Shown piece after piece: positions 1 to 9,576 of a DNA stretch of 42,006 bases. Source of the stretch: an uncultured bacterium (GTDB lineage Bacteria; Hydrothermota; Hydrothermia; Hydrothermales; Hydrothermaceae); the NCBI GenBank assembly GCA_964623395.1, contig CAZUSI010000002.1, forward strand, positions 1 to 42,006, read 5' to 3'. The first letter of the stretch is position 1; each line of letters begins with the position of its first letter. The position numbers and the translations under genes are program-made. Below the pieces are notes generated by a model. That model worked only from the letters and a program-made list of their open reading frames with translations. It was not told the origin of the DNA and did no database searches.

Positions 1-15
1 TAAAAAGGAGGAAAA

Positions 16-780
16 ATGGAATATAAATATATAAAATTTTCTAAGGAAGAAAAAATAGGTATTCTTACACTATCAAGACCAAAAGTGAATGCATTGAATA
101 AGGATATGCTTTTTGAAATTGAATGCTGTCTTTATAAAATAGAAAATGAGGAAAAGGATATAAGGTGCTTAATAATAAATGGTGATGGAGAAAATTTTTG
201 TGCAGGTGCTGATATAAAAGAGATGAAAGATTTTACACCACAAGATGCAAGGGAATTTTCTGAAATAGGTCATAGAGTTTTAAGAAAAATAGAGAGTTTA
301 AGGGTCCCTGTTATTGCAGCAGTTCATGGATATGCACTTGGCGGTGGATGTGAAATAATGCTTGCATGTGATATAAGGGTAGGAGCAAAGGATGCAAAGA
401 TTGGTCAACCAGAAGTAAAAATAGGAGTTTTACCTGGATTTGGTGGAACTCAAAGGCTTATAAATTTAATAGGTAAAGGAAGGGGAATGCTTATGATTTT
501 TACAGGTGAATGGATAACAGGTGAAAAGGCATATGAAATTGGTCTTATTGACATTCTTGCAGATGAAGGTAAGCATCTTGAAAAGGCAAAAGAAATTGCA
601 AATAAGATAAAGAAAGCAGGACCAAATGCAATTTATTATTCAAAAAAGGCAATATATTATGGGATTAATCTTCAAAGGGGACTTGAATATGAAAAGGAGG
701 TTTTTGGATTATTATTTTCAACAGGTGAGCCAAAAAAAGGGATTGAAGCATTTCTTGAAAAAAGGGAGGTAGAATGGTAA
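16..780 (+). CDS. enoyl-CoA hydratase/isomerase (crotonase) family protein
   Basis: 254-aa ORF with crotonase-fold motifs FCAGADIKEM and GYALGGGCEIMLACDIRV. GGAGG Shine-Dalgarno at 7-11 precedes the ATG at 16. Confidence 0.9.
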   Translation: MEYKYIKFSKEEKIGILTLSRPKVNALNKDMLFEIECCLYKIENEEKDIRCLIINGDGENFCAGADIKEMKDFTPQDAREFSEIGHRVLRKIESLRVPVIAAVHGYALGGGCEIMLACDIRVGAKDAKIGQPEVKIGVLPGFGGTQRLINLIGKGRGMLMIFTGEWITGEKAYEIGLIDILADEGKHLEKAKEIANKIKKAGPNAIYYSKKAIYYGINLQRGLEYEKEVFGLLFSTGEPKKGIEAFLEKREVEW

Positions 781-2240
781 AAATAAGATTAACTTATATT
801 TTTTCAATAATTTCAATAATTTTCCTTATAATAATTTTATTTTTCATTCAAAAAAGGGAATCAAAATTAGTTATAAAGGAAGAAGAGATTGAGAAAGTTC
901 CTTTTGAGGAAGAGATTATTGAAGGTAAAAAGGAAAAAGAAAGTTTTATGGGGGTTTATGTAAAGGGTGAGAAAATTGGATATGTTGAAACAAAAGAAAT
1001 TCCTAAAATAGATGGATATGAAATAAATCAAAGAATGGTAATTGAAGTTATAATGCTTGGTGAAAAAAAAGTTGTTTCAGCACAAACAATTGTTAATACC
1101 GATAAGGATTTTAGGTTAAGGAATTTTGATTTTATTTTAAATTCACCTGATCAGAAAATAAGTTTAAAAGGGGAAAGGATAGGAACAAAATTGAAAATAT
1201 ATTATAAAGATAGGGAGGAGGAAATAGAACTTGGTGAAACTGCCTTTTTACCTGTTACACTTGAAGCATTTTTAAAGGAAAAGGAAATTAAAAAGGGAGA
1301 AAAAATAAGTTTTAAAATGTTTGATCCTTCTGTGAAACAAGTTGCAGATGCAATTTTATTTTATAAGGGTGAAGAAAAAATTGATTACAAAAATAAAAAG
1401 ATAAAGGCTTCTTTGTATGAATATGAATTTGCAGGAATTACCCAAAGAATATACATAAAAGATGGTGAAATAATAAAAGAGGAATTGCCTTTTGATATGG
1501 TTCTTTTGAAAGAGGATAAAAGGGAAGCAATTAAAATTTCAGAAAAACCAGTTGACCTTTTATTTAAATATGCTGTCAAACCAACCGGTAAAAAAATAAA
1601 TTTAAATGCAAAAAGAATTTTATACAAAATTTCAAATATAAATCCTGAAATTCTTGACCTTGAATTTGGAAATCAAAAATTGATGGAAAAGGGAAATGAT
1701 TATGCAATAGTTGAAGTTAAAAAACCAGAGATTGAATTTGTTAAGGAAATAAATATAAGTGAAGATTTAAAAAAATATCTTGGAAGTTCCCTTTTTGTTC
1801 AACCTGATAATAAAGAAATAAGAGATAGTGCTAAAAAATGGGCAAAAGGAGAAGATTTTACTCAAAAATCAAAAATTCTTTTATATAAGGTATATAATTA
1901 TCTTTCAAAGGAACCCTCTGTTACAATTCCATCTGCAATTGAAGTTTTAAATTCTAAAAAGGGAGATTGTAATGAGCATTCAATACTTTATGCTTCACTT
2001 TTAAGGTCAATAGAAATTCCTTGTGAAATTGTTGTTGGACTTATATATCAGGAGGGGTTTTTCTGGTATCATGCCTGGAATGCAGTTTATCTAAACAAAT
2101 GGATTTTTGTAGATCCCACATATTCGGAATTTCCTGCTTCACCTTTACACATAATGTTAAAAATTGGAGAAATAGAAAAACAGGCAGAAATTGCACCAAT
2201 TGTTGGGAAGATAAAAATAGAAGTTCTTGAAATAGATTGA
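774..2240 (+). CDS. membrane-anchored transglutaminase-like domain protein
   Basis: 488 aa. N-terminal TM helix (IFSIISIIFLIIILFFI). C-terminal transglutaminase-like core with Cys/His/Asp motifs GDCNEHS, YHAWNAVY and FVDPT. GGGAGG SD upstream; the ATG overlaps the upstream stop (ATGGTAA). Confidence 0.75.
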   Translation: MVKIRLTYIFSIISIIFLIIILFFIQKRESKLVIKEEEIEKVPFEEEIIEGKKEKESFMGVYVKGEKIGYVETKEIPKIDGYEINQRMVIEVIMLGEKKVVSAQTIVNTDKDFRLRNFDFILNSPDQKISLKGERIGTKLKIYYKDREEEIELGETAFLPVTLEAFLKEKEIKKGEKISFKMFDPSVKQVADAILFYKGEEKIDYKNKKIKASLYEYEFAGITQRIYIKDGEIIKEELPFDMVLLKEDKREAIKISEKPVDLLFKYAVKPTGKKINLNAKRILYKISNINPEILDLEFGNQKLMEKGNDYAIVEVKKPEIEFVKEINISEDLKKYLGSSLFVQPDNKEIRDSAKKWAKGEDFTQKSKILLYKVYNYLSKEPSVTIPSAIEVLNSKKGDCNEHSILYASLLRSIEIPCEIVVGLIYQEGFFWYHAWNAVYLNKWIFVDPTYSEFPASPLHIMLKIGEIEKQAEIAPIVGKIKIEVLEID

Positions 2241-2950
2241 AGATATTAGAAGTAAAAAATCTTTTTAAGGATTTTGGGAATTTTCGTCTTGGTCCCTTAA
2301 ATTTTGAAGTTAAAAAAGGTGAAATTTATGTTCTTGTAGGACCAAATGGCTCTGGAAAAACAACAACATTAAAACTAATAATTGGACTTTTAAAAAAGGA
2401 TGATGGCGAAATTTTTTTAAATGGTGAAAAAATAGATTATTCAAAGGATGAATTCAAAAAGAAAATTGGTTTTATTCAAGATAGCCCATTTACTTATCCA
2501 TACCTTTCAGGAATTGAGCAAATATTTTTTATAGCAAGCATTTATGGAATAAAAAAAGAGGAAGTTAAAAATAAAATTTCCTATTTTTCAGAATTGTTTG
2601 ATACAAAAGAATGGATAAATGAAATTTCAAAAAATTATTCTTATGGAATGAAACAAAAGGTTAATATAATACAAGTTCTTATTTGTGAGCCAGAACTTCT
2701 TATGATAGATGAACCACTTGTTGCTTTAGATCCAAAAGCAATTTATAATTTTAAAAAATATTTAAAAAATTTAAAGGAAAAAAATAAGGGGATTTTAATA
2801 ACAACACATTCTTTAAGTTTTGCAGAGGAGATGGGTGATAGAATAGGATTTATAAAGGATGGGAAAATAATAATTGAAGGAGAAAAAGAGAATCTTTATA
2901 AAAAATATGATGCAAAAGATCTTGAAGAAATATTTATAAAGTATTTATAA
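2237..2950 (+). CDS. ABC transporter ATP-binding protein (single NBD)
   Basis: Walker A GPNGSGKTT, signature-like YSYGMKQKV, Walker B LLMIDEPLVALD, H-loop ITTHSL. The TTG start overlaps the upstream stop (TTGA). Confidence 0.9.
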   Translation: MKILEVKNLFKDFGNFRLGPLNFEVKKGEIYVLVGPNGSGKTTTLKLIIGLLKKDDGEIFLNGEKIDYSKDEFKKKIGFIQDSPFTYPYLSGIEQIFFIASIYGIKKEEVKNKISYFSELFDTKEWINEISKNYSYGMKQKVNIIQVLICEPELLMIDEPLVALDPKAIYNFKKYLKNLKEKNKGILITTHSLSFAEEMGDRIGFIKDGKIIIEGEKENLYKKYDAKDLEEIFIKYL

Positions 2951-2974
2951 AATTTGGAAGTTTTGAAAAGTGGA

Positions 2975-3004
2975 TTGCTTTAAAAAATTTCATTCCTTTA
3001 TAAT
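2975..3004 (+). promoter_or_regulatory. putative sigma70-type promoter for the 3032 gene
   Basis: TTGCTT (2975-2980), 18-nt spacer, TATAAT (2999-3004). It lies in the 81-nt gap and is followed by GGAGG SD (3023-3027) and the GTG start at 3032. Confidence 0.45.
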
Positions 3005-3031
3005 AATTAAAATTTTTAAAAAGGAGGAATT

Positions 3032-3991
3032 GTGAAATATATTCTTTATGTATTAAATATTATCCTTGCATCTATTCTTGTTCTTATAATTGTTTACCCA
3101 CAGATGAAAGCAAAACAAATTCAGGAAATCCAAATTGTTGCTTATCCAGACCTTTCAAGTTTTCCTGTATTTGTTGCAAGAGAAAAGGGTTTATTTGAAA
3201 AATATAATTTAAAGGTAATTTTAGAATTTACATCATCAAGGGAAGACCCTCTTGAAGATTTAAGGAAGGGAAAGTTTGAAATTTTGGCAGGTTATCCAAT
3301 TATAAATTTTTTATATGAAGGACTTTCAAATGTTGATAGATTTAAGATATTTGGTATTGTCTTAGAAGATAAAGATAATCCATTAATGGGTATTGTTTTA
3401 AGAACAAAAGAAAAAAAATTGTCCTTTAAACTTCTTGATGATAAAATTCTTGCAGTTCCTTCATGGAGAAAGGATGTTGAAGTTTTTAAAAAATGGTTAA
3501 TTTTAAATAAAGTTAAGGTTAATGAAAGTAAGGTTATGAAATATTCAACATCAATTCCTTATGGAATGTGGGAAGTTTCTCTTTTAATAGAGCCAGCATT
3601 AAAGTTATATTCTGATTCAGAAAATGTAAAACTATTTTCTTCTGCTTTTTTAAACGAAATTGTTTCTCCTTATCCATATGCAGGTTATTTTGTTTCACAA
3701 ACAGGAATCTATTTTAAAAGGGAAGGAATAAAAAGGTTTATTAAAATTTATGAAGAGGTTATTGATTTTATCAAAGATGAAAAGAATAGAGGAGAGATTG
3801 AAAAACTTTTAGAAAAATATGAAAAAGAGGTTATGAACTATAAGGAATTTTTAAATGTTAATTTACCAATTTATTTAAAAAAGGAACAAATACAGGATAT
3901 ACCTGTTATAAAACTTTATAAATGGTTGAAGGAAAATGAGATGATTTTTCAAGATGTGGATATTTCAACGATATTTACAGGAATTCAATGA
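3032..3991 (+). CDS. TM-anchored periplasmic substrate-binding-like protein (NMT1/SsuA/NitT-TauT-like)
   Basis: 319 aa with an N-terminal hydrophobic anchor (ILYVLNIILASILVLIIVY). The segment IQIVAYPDLSSFPVFVAREKGLFEKYNLKV resembles the N-terminal lobe of the NMT1/SsuA family. Family assignment is from memory of the consensus only. Confidence 0.5.
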   Translation: MKYILYVLNIILASILVLIIVYPQMKAKQIQEIQIVAYPDLSSFPVFVAREKGLFEKYNLKVILEFTSSREDPLEDLRKGKFEILAGYPIINFLYEGLSNVDRFKIFGIVLEDKDNPLMGIVLRTKEKKLSFKLLDDKILAVPSWRKDVEVFKKWLILNKVKVNESKVMKYSTSIPYGMWEVSLLIEPALKLYSDSENVKLFSSAFLNEIVSPYPYAGYFVSQTGIYFKREGIKRFIKIYEEVIDFIKDEKNRGEIEKLLEKYEKEVMNYKEFLNVNLPIYLKKEQIQDIPVIKLYKWLKENEMIFQDVDISTIFTGIQ

Positions 3992-4611
3992 GAAAGATAA
4001 GAATAGGTATTCTTGTATCAGGTAGGGGTTCAAATATGGAGGCAATAATAAGAAATGCAAAAGAAGGTAAAATAGATGCAGAAGTTGTAATAGTTATTTC
4101 AGATAATCCTGATGCACCTGCACTTGAAAAAGCAAGAGCACTTGGAGTTGAAGCAATTTATGTATATCCAGGTGAGAAAAAAACATATTTGACACCTGAT
4201 AGAGAAGAGGAATATGTAAGAATATTAAAGGAAAAAAATGTTGACCTTGTTTGTCTTGCAGGATTTATGAGGGTATTAAAAAAAACTTTTCTTTCTTCTT
4301 TCCCTTATAGAATAATGAACATTCATCCTTCGCTTTTACCTTCATTTCCAGGTTTAAATGCTCAAAAAAAGGCATGGGAATATGGTGTTAAAATTTCTGG
4401 TTGCACAGTTCATTTTGTTGATGAAGGTATTGATACAGGTCCTATAATACTTCAAAAGGCTGTCCCTGTTCTTGAGGATGATACACCTGAAACACTTGCT
4501 GAAAGAATTTTAAAAGAGGAGCACAAGATATATTCAGAAGCAATACAACTTTTTGCAGAGGGAAGGTTAAAAGTTGAGGGAAGAAGGGTTCTTATATTAC
4601 CAAAAAAATGA
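3988..4611 (+). CDS. purN: phosphoribosylglycinamide formyltransferase
   Basis: 207 aa with motifs IGILVSGRGSNMEAII, NIHPSLLPSFPG and GCTVHFVDEGIDTGPII. ATGA overlap with the upstream gene. Confidence 0.93.
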   Translation: MRKIRIGILVSGRGSNMEAIIRNAKEGKIDAEVVIVISDNPDAPALEKARALGVEAIYVYPGEKKTYLTPDREEEYVRILKEKNVDLVCLAGFMRVLKKTFLSSFPYRIMNIHPSLLPSFPGLNAQKKAWEYGVKISGCTVHFVDEGIDTGPIILQKAVPVLEDDTPETLAERILKEEHKIYSEAIQLFAEGRLKVEGRRVLILPKK

Positions 4612-7600
4612 GTTTTGTTCATTTGCATGTTCATTCAGAATATAGTCTTTTAGATGGTGTTCCAAAAATAAATGAAATTGTAGAGAAGGCAAAAGAGTAT
4701 GGAATGCCTGCATGCGCCTTAACAGATCATGGTGCTTTATTTGGAGTAATAGAATTTTATAAATACGCACTTCTTAATGGAATAAAGCCAATAATAGGAA
4801 TAGAGATGTATATTTCAAAAGGAAGTAGATTTGAAAAGGCAGGTGGAATTTCAGGTTCCAATTATCATATTCTTCTTCTTGCTCAAAATTATAAGGGATA
4901 TAAAAATCTGTTAAAACTTTCCACTTTATCATATTTAGAAGGTTTTTATTATAAGCCAAGAATTGATATGGAAATTTTGAGAAAGTATTCCGAAGGTTTG
5001 ATAATTTTAACAGGTTGTTTAAAAAGTCATATTCCTTCACTCATAATTTCTGGAAAAAAAGAAGAGGCAGAAAGAGTTTTAAGAGAATATATTGATATAT
5101 TTGGTAAGGAAAATGTTTATTTAGAACTTATGGATGTTGATTTAAAGGAAAATATTGAAGTTAATAATACCCTTCTTGAATTTTCAAAAAAATATGATTT
5201 GAAATGTGTCGCCACAAATGATGTTCATTTTTTAAATAAAGAGGACCATGAATTACATGAGATACTCCTTGCTGTTCAAACAAATAAAACTTTAAAGGAT
5301 AAAGAAAGATTTAAGTTTGAAACCCGCGAAGTTTATTTTAAAAGGAAAGAAGAGATGGAGGAAAGGTTTTCCCATGTTCCTGATGCTATAAAGAATACAC
5401 TTGAGGTTGCTGAAAAATGCAATGTTGTTCTTGAACTTGGTAAAAAATTACATCTTCCCAAATTTGAAATTCCTTCAAATTTTTCATCAAATTATGAATA
5501 TTTAAAATATTTAGCAGAAAGTGGATTGCAAAAAAAATTTTCAAAGGAAATTCCTTTAAAATATAAGGAAAGGCTCCATTATGAACTTGAAATAATAAAA
5601 AAACTTTCTTTTGAGGGTTATTTCTTAATAATAAAAGATATTGTTGATTTCGCAAAAAGTAAAGGAATAAAAGTAGGACCCGGTAGAGGTTCATCTGTTA
5701 GTTCCCTTGTTCTTTATTCCTTAGATGTTACAAATGTTGACCCAATTAAATATGGTCTTTATTTTGAAAGATTTTTAAATCCTGAAAGGATTTCTCCTCC
5801 TGATGTTGATGTGGATTTTGAAGATAAAAGAAGAGACGAGGTTATAGAATATGTAAGGGAAAAATATGGTGAAAATAGTGTTTCCCAGATAATAACTTTT
5901 GGAAGAATGAATGCAAGACAAGCATTAAAAGATGTAGCAAGGGTTATGGGTCTTTCCTTTCAAGAAGCAGATGAGATTTCAAAACTTGTAAATTTTCCAA
6001 GTTTAGAAGAAACTTATAATGAAAATCCTCTTTTTAGGAATCTTATAGAATCAAAGAATATTTATAAAAAAATATTTGAATATGCAAAAAAAATAGAAGG
6101 ACATGCAAGACATGCTTCAGTTCATGCAAGTGGAGTTGTAATTGCACCAACTGACCTTACTGAATTTGTTCCACTTTATAAAGAACCAGGGGGAGTAGTA
6201 TGCACCCAATATGATATGGAATCACTTGAAATGATAGGGCTTATAAAAATGGATTTTCTTGGACTTAAAACCCTTTCAATAATTTGTCAAGTTGAAGAAA
6301 TGGTAAAAAAGGAAAATCCGGATTTCAGTATTGAAAAAATTCCTTTAAATGATAAAAAGACCTTTGCACTTTTGCAAAAGGGAGAAACAATCGGAGTATT
6401 TCAATTAGAATCCGTAGGTATGAGGGAGATTTTAAAGAGGATGAAGCCAGAAAAATTTGAGGATTTGATTGTGACTCTTTCTCTTTATAGACCCGGCCCT
6501 CTTGGTTCTTTAAATGTAAATGAATTTATAGTAAGAAAGCATGGTCAGGTTCCTGTAACCTATCCACATCCTTTACTTGAAAATGTTTTAAAGGAAACTT
6601 ATGGATTAATTCTTTATCAGGAACAGGTTATGAAGATAGCAAGTGAAATTGCAGGATTTTCAATGGGGAAAGCAGATATACTTAGAAGAGCAATGGGGAA
6701 AAAGGAAATAGAGAAAATGCTTGAACAGGAAAAGGATTTCATAGAAGGGGCAAAAAAGAAAGGAGTTCCTCCTGAAGTAGCAAAGGATATATTTGAGACA
6801 ATAAAGCCTTTTGCAGGTTATGGATTTAATAAAGCACATTCGGCGAGTTATGCTTTAATATCGTATCAAACTGCTTATTTAAAGGCTCATTATCCACTAT
6901 TCTTTATGTGTGCAACCCTTTCAAATGAAATGAAAAATTCTGATAAACTTTCAAAATTTGTTAATGAGGCAAAAAGGATGGGGATTGAAATACTTCCACC
7001 TGATATAAATGAAAGTGAGGAAGAATTTAAAATAGTAGGTGAAAATAAAATTTTATTTGGACTTGGTGGAATAAAAAATGTTGGAGAGGCAGCAATTAAA
7101 GCAATTATAGAAGCAAGAAAAAAAGGAAAGTTTAAATCTTTTGATGACTTTTTATTGAGAGTGAGTTCAAAATCATGTAATAAAAAAGTGATTGAGGCAC
7201 TAATATATTCAGGTGCCTTTGATAAAATATCTCCTGACAGAAAAAAACTGCTTTTAAAAATAGAAGAGGGAGATATAAAAGTAAGTGCCTCACTTTTTGA
7301 GAGCAGTCCTGTTTTAGAAAAAAGTGGGGAAATTTCAATAGATGAAAAACTGGAGATGGAGAAAAAGGCTTTTGGTTTTTATTTTTCCGAAAGCCCAATT
7401 TCCCCTTACCTTCATTTCTTTAAATTTCTTAAAATAATAAATTCTTCTGAACTTTCAGATATTGAAGAAGAAAAGGAAGTAAGTTTATGTGGTTTCCCAA
7501 AGGAATTAAAAATTTTGAAAAATAAGGAGGGAAAAGAATATATTCAGATAGAGTTTGAGGAGCTTTTAGGCACTTTTAAAGTTATTGTAACTTCTGAGCT

Positions 7601-7970
7601 TGTTGAAAAATTAAAAAATAATTTTTCAAAAAATAAAGTTTACTATATTAAAGGAATATATTCCCCATCAAATTCCTTAAAAACTAAAATTATCAGAGCA
7701 AATGAGATAATTGATATGGAAAAATTAATAAAAAACAAATTTAAAAAACTATTAATAAGAGTAAATACAGATGAAATTAAAAATGAAGATATTAAAAAAT
7801 TGAAGGAAATTTTATTAAAATATAAAGGAGATAAAGAAGTTTGGTTTGAAATAGAAGAAGAAGGGAAAATTTATATTTATAGAGCAAAAAATTTTTATGT
7901 AAATTTTGAGCATAAATTTTTTGAGGAATTAAAAGAAATTGTTGGGGAAGAAAAAATAATTTTGAGATGA
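4608..7970 (+). CDS. dnaE: DNA polymerase III subunit alpha
   Basis: 1120 aa. PHP domain start FVHLHVHSEYSLLDG, GLIKMDFLGLKTL, FNKAHSASYA, and a C-terminal OB-like region. ATGA overlap with purN. Confidence 0.97.
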   Translation: MSFVHLHVHSEYSLLDGVPKINEIVEKAKEYGMPACALTDHGALFGVIEFYKYALLNGIKPIIGIEMYISKGSRFEKAGGISGSNYHILLLAQNYKGYKNLLKLSTLSYLEGFYYKPRIDMEILRKYSEGLIILTGCLKSHIPSLIISGKKEEAERVLREYIDIFGKENVYLELMDVDLKENIEVNNTLLEFSKKYDLKCVATNDVHFLNKEDHELHEILLAVQTNKTLKDKERFKFETREVYFKRKEEMEERFSHVPDAIKNTLEVAEKCNVVLELGKKLHLPKFEIPSNFSSNYEYLKYLAESGLQKKFSKEIPLKYKERLHYELEIIKKLSFEGYFLIIKDIVDFAKSKGIKVGPGRGSSVSSLVLYSLDVTNVDPIKYGLYFERFLNPERISPPDVDVDFEDKRRDEVIEYVREKYGENSVSQIITFGRMNARQALKDVARVMGLSFQEADEISKLVNFPSLEETYNENPLFRNLIESKNIYKKIFEYAKKIEGHARHASVHASGVVIAPTDLTEFVPLYKEPGGVVCTQYDMESLEMIGLIKMDFLGLKTLSIICQVEEMVKKENPDFSIEKIPLNDKKTFALLQKGETIGVFQLESVGMREILKRMKPEKFEDLIVTLSLYRPGPLGSLNVNEFIVRKHGQVPVTYPHPLLENVLKETYGLILYQEQVMKIASEIAGFSMGKADILRRAMGKKEIEKMLEQEKDFIEGAKKKGVPPEVAKDIFETIKPFAGYGFNKAHSASYALISYQTAYLKAHYPLFFMCATLSNEMKNSDKLSKFVNEAKRMGIEILPPDINESEEEFKIVGENKILFGLGGIKNVGEAAIKAIIEARKKGKFKSFDDFLLRVSSKSCNKKVIEALIYSGAFDKISPDRKKLLLKIEEGDIKVSASLFESSPVLEKSGEISIDEKLEMEKKAFGFYFSESPISPYLHFFKFLKIINSSELSDIEEEKEVSLCGFPKELKILKNKEGKEYIQIEFEELLGTFKVIVTSELVEKLKNNFSKNKVYYIKGIYSPSNSLKTKIIRANEIIDMEKLIKNKFKKLLIRVNTDEIKNEDIKKLKEILLKYKGDKEVWFEIEEEGKIYIYRAKNFYVNFEHKFFEELKEIVGEEKIILR

Positions 7971-8641
7971 AAACTTTAATTTTGATTCTATTTTTAAAAT
8001 CAAGGATTTTTACAGGAGATGTTCCAACAGGCTATCTTCTTCAAAGAGGAGAATACGAGCTTCTTTTTAGAATTCAAAAAGATGGTGGACTTATTTCAGG
8101 AATAAATGCAGCAATTACTGATTATCTTTTAATGGGTATTTCTTATGGTGGCATGAAAATTATTGGTGAAAAGGATCCTGAATTTTATCCTATTCCAGGT
8201 ATTCTTTTAAAATATCTTGCAATATACGAAACAGATATTTCTCCTTCTATTTCTCTTGGAATATCAACTCAAGGGTTTGATAGATATTTAAAAGAGAAGA
8301 ATAGATATGAAATAAAATCAAAGGGTATTTTTTGTGCTCTTTCAAAATCAATTTATGGAAATATATTAAATGGAGGAATAAATTATACTTTTGAAAGAAA
8401 GGATGAAAAAAATGGTTTTGACCTATTCTTTTCCTTAGATTTCCCTTTTACTTCAAATTTTTCTTTTTTTTCTGATTTTTCATTTGGATTTAATGACGAT
8501 TATAATAAAAATGGTATTTTAAACATTGGTCTTGAAATTTCCTTTGAAGATATTTTCTTCTTTAAAATATCAATAAGAAATCTTTTAAATAAAGATTATA
8601 TAAATAGAATTTTTGAAATGGGATACAAGGGGAGTTTATGA
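7967..8641 (+). CDS. hypothetical protein, beta-strand-rich, possibly an outer-membrane protein
   Basis: 224-aa ORF with ATGA overlaps on both sides (dnaE upstream, oxidoreductase downstream). Short hydrophobic N-terminus (MKTLILILFLKS). Aromatic and alternating hydrophobic pattern (FDLFFSLDFPFTSNFSFFSDFSFGF). I recognise no family motif. Confidence 0.6.
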   Translation: MKTLILILFLKSRIFTGDVPTGYLLQRGEYELLFRIQKDGGLISGINAAITDYLLMGISYGGMKIIGEKDPEFYPIPGILLKYLAIYETDISPSISLGISTQGFDRYLKEKNRYEIKSKGIFCALSKSIYGNILNGGINYTFERKDEKNGFDLFFSLDFPFTSNFSFFSDFSFGFNDDYNKNGILNIGLEISFEDIFFFKISIRNLLNKDYINRIFEMGYKGSL

Positions 8642-9576
8642 AAAAAGTTAAAATAGGTGTTGTTGGTGTTGGACACTTAGGGGAAATACATGTTAAACTC
8701 TTAAAGGAAATAAAGGAAGCAGAGCTTATAGGTGTTTATGATATAGATATTGAAAGGAGTAAAAAAGTTGCAAGTGAGTATGATTGCAAGTATTTTAAAA
8801 GTCTTGAAGAGATATTTTCAGAAGTTAATGCTATAAGTTGTTGTGTTCCAACGCTTTCCCATTTTGAAATAGGGAAAAAGGTGCTTTTAAGTGGGAAACA
8901 TCTTTTCCTTGAAAAACCAATAGCAACAAAGATAACAGAGGCAAAAATTTTAAAAAATATTTCTGAAAAGAAAAACCTTATTTTTCAAATAGGCCATATA
9001 GAAAGGTTTAATCCAGCCATAAAGGCGATAAAAAATCTTATTAAAGAACCACTTTTTATTGAATCTGAAAGGCTTTCTCTTTATAGTGAAAGGGGAACAG
9101 ATGTTGATGTAATACTTGACCTTATGATACATGATATAGATATAGTTTTTTATCTTACAAATATGAAGGCAAAGGTTATTGATGCTGTTGGTGTTCCTGT
9201 TTTGACGGATAAAATAGATATTGCAAATGCAAGAGTAAAACTTGAGAATAATGGTATTGTTAGTTTTTCTGCGTCAAGAGTTTCAAGAGAGAAATATAGA
9301 AAAATAAGATTCTTTCAAAAGGATATGTATATTTCTGTAAATTATGCTGAAAGAAATGCAGAAGTTTATGTTAAAAAGGGTAATGCAATTTTACCTTATA
9401 AGGTTAATGTTCCTGAAGGAAATCCCTTACTTGAAGAACTTAGACTTTTTATAAATTCAATAATTTCAAAAAAGAAACCACCAGTTGGTGCAGATGATGC
9501 GATAAGGGCACTTGATTTTGCATTAAAGATTAAGAGGAAAATTTACCAGAATCTCAAAAAGGTAAAACTTGTATAA
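8638..9576 (+). CDS. Gfo/Idh/MocA family oxidoreductase (GnnA-like candidate)
   Basis: 312 aa. N-terminal Rossmann motif KIGVVGVGHLGEIH and an EKP motif (LFLEKPIA). Located one gene upstream of lpxB. Confidence 0.85.
   Translation: MKKVKIGVVGVGHLGEIHVKLLKEIKEAELIGVYDIDIERSKKVASEYDCKYFKSLEEIFSEVNAISCCVPTLSHFEIGKKVLLSGKHLFLEKPIATKITEAKILKNISEKKNLIFQIGHIERFNPAIKAIKNLIKEPLFIESERLSLYSERGTDVDVILDLMIHDIDIVFYLTNMKAKVIDAVGVPVLTDKIDIANARVKLENNGIVSFSASRVSREKYRKIRFFQKDMYISVNYAERNAEVYVKKGNAILPYKVNVPEGNPLLEELRLFINSIISKKKPPVGADDAIRALDFALKIKRKIYQNLKKVKLV

Noticed and set aside
2951-3031. The 81-nt gap before the NMT1/THI5-like binding-protein gene, as a possible riboswitch (for example TPP) or intrinsic terminator.
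   Set aside because: It is too short once the promoter (2975-3004) and SD (3023-3027) are accounted for. No conserved riboswitch core such as CUGAGA is visible. The imperfect inverted repeat GGATTGC...CATTCC has several mismatches and no GC-rich stem or T-tract.
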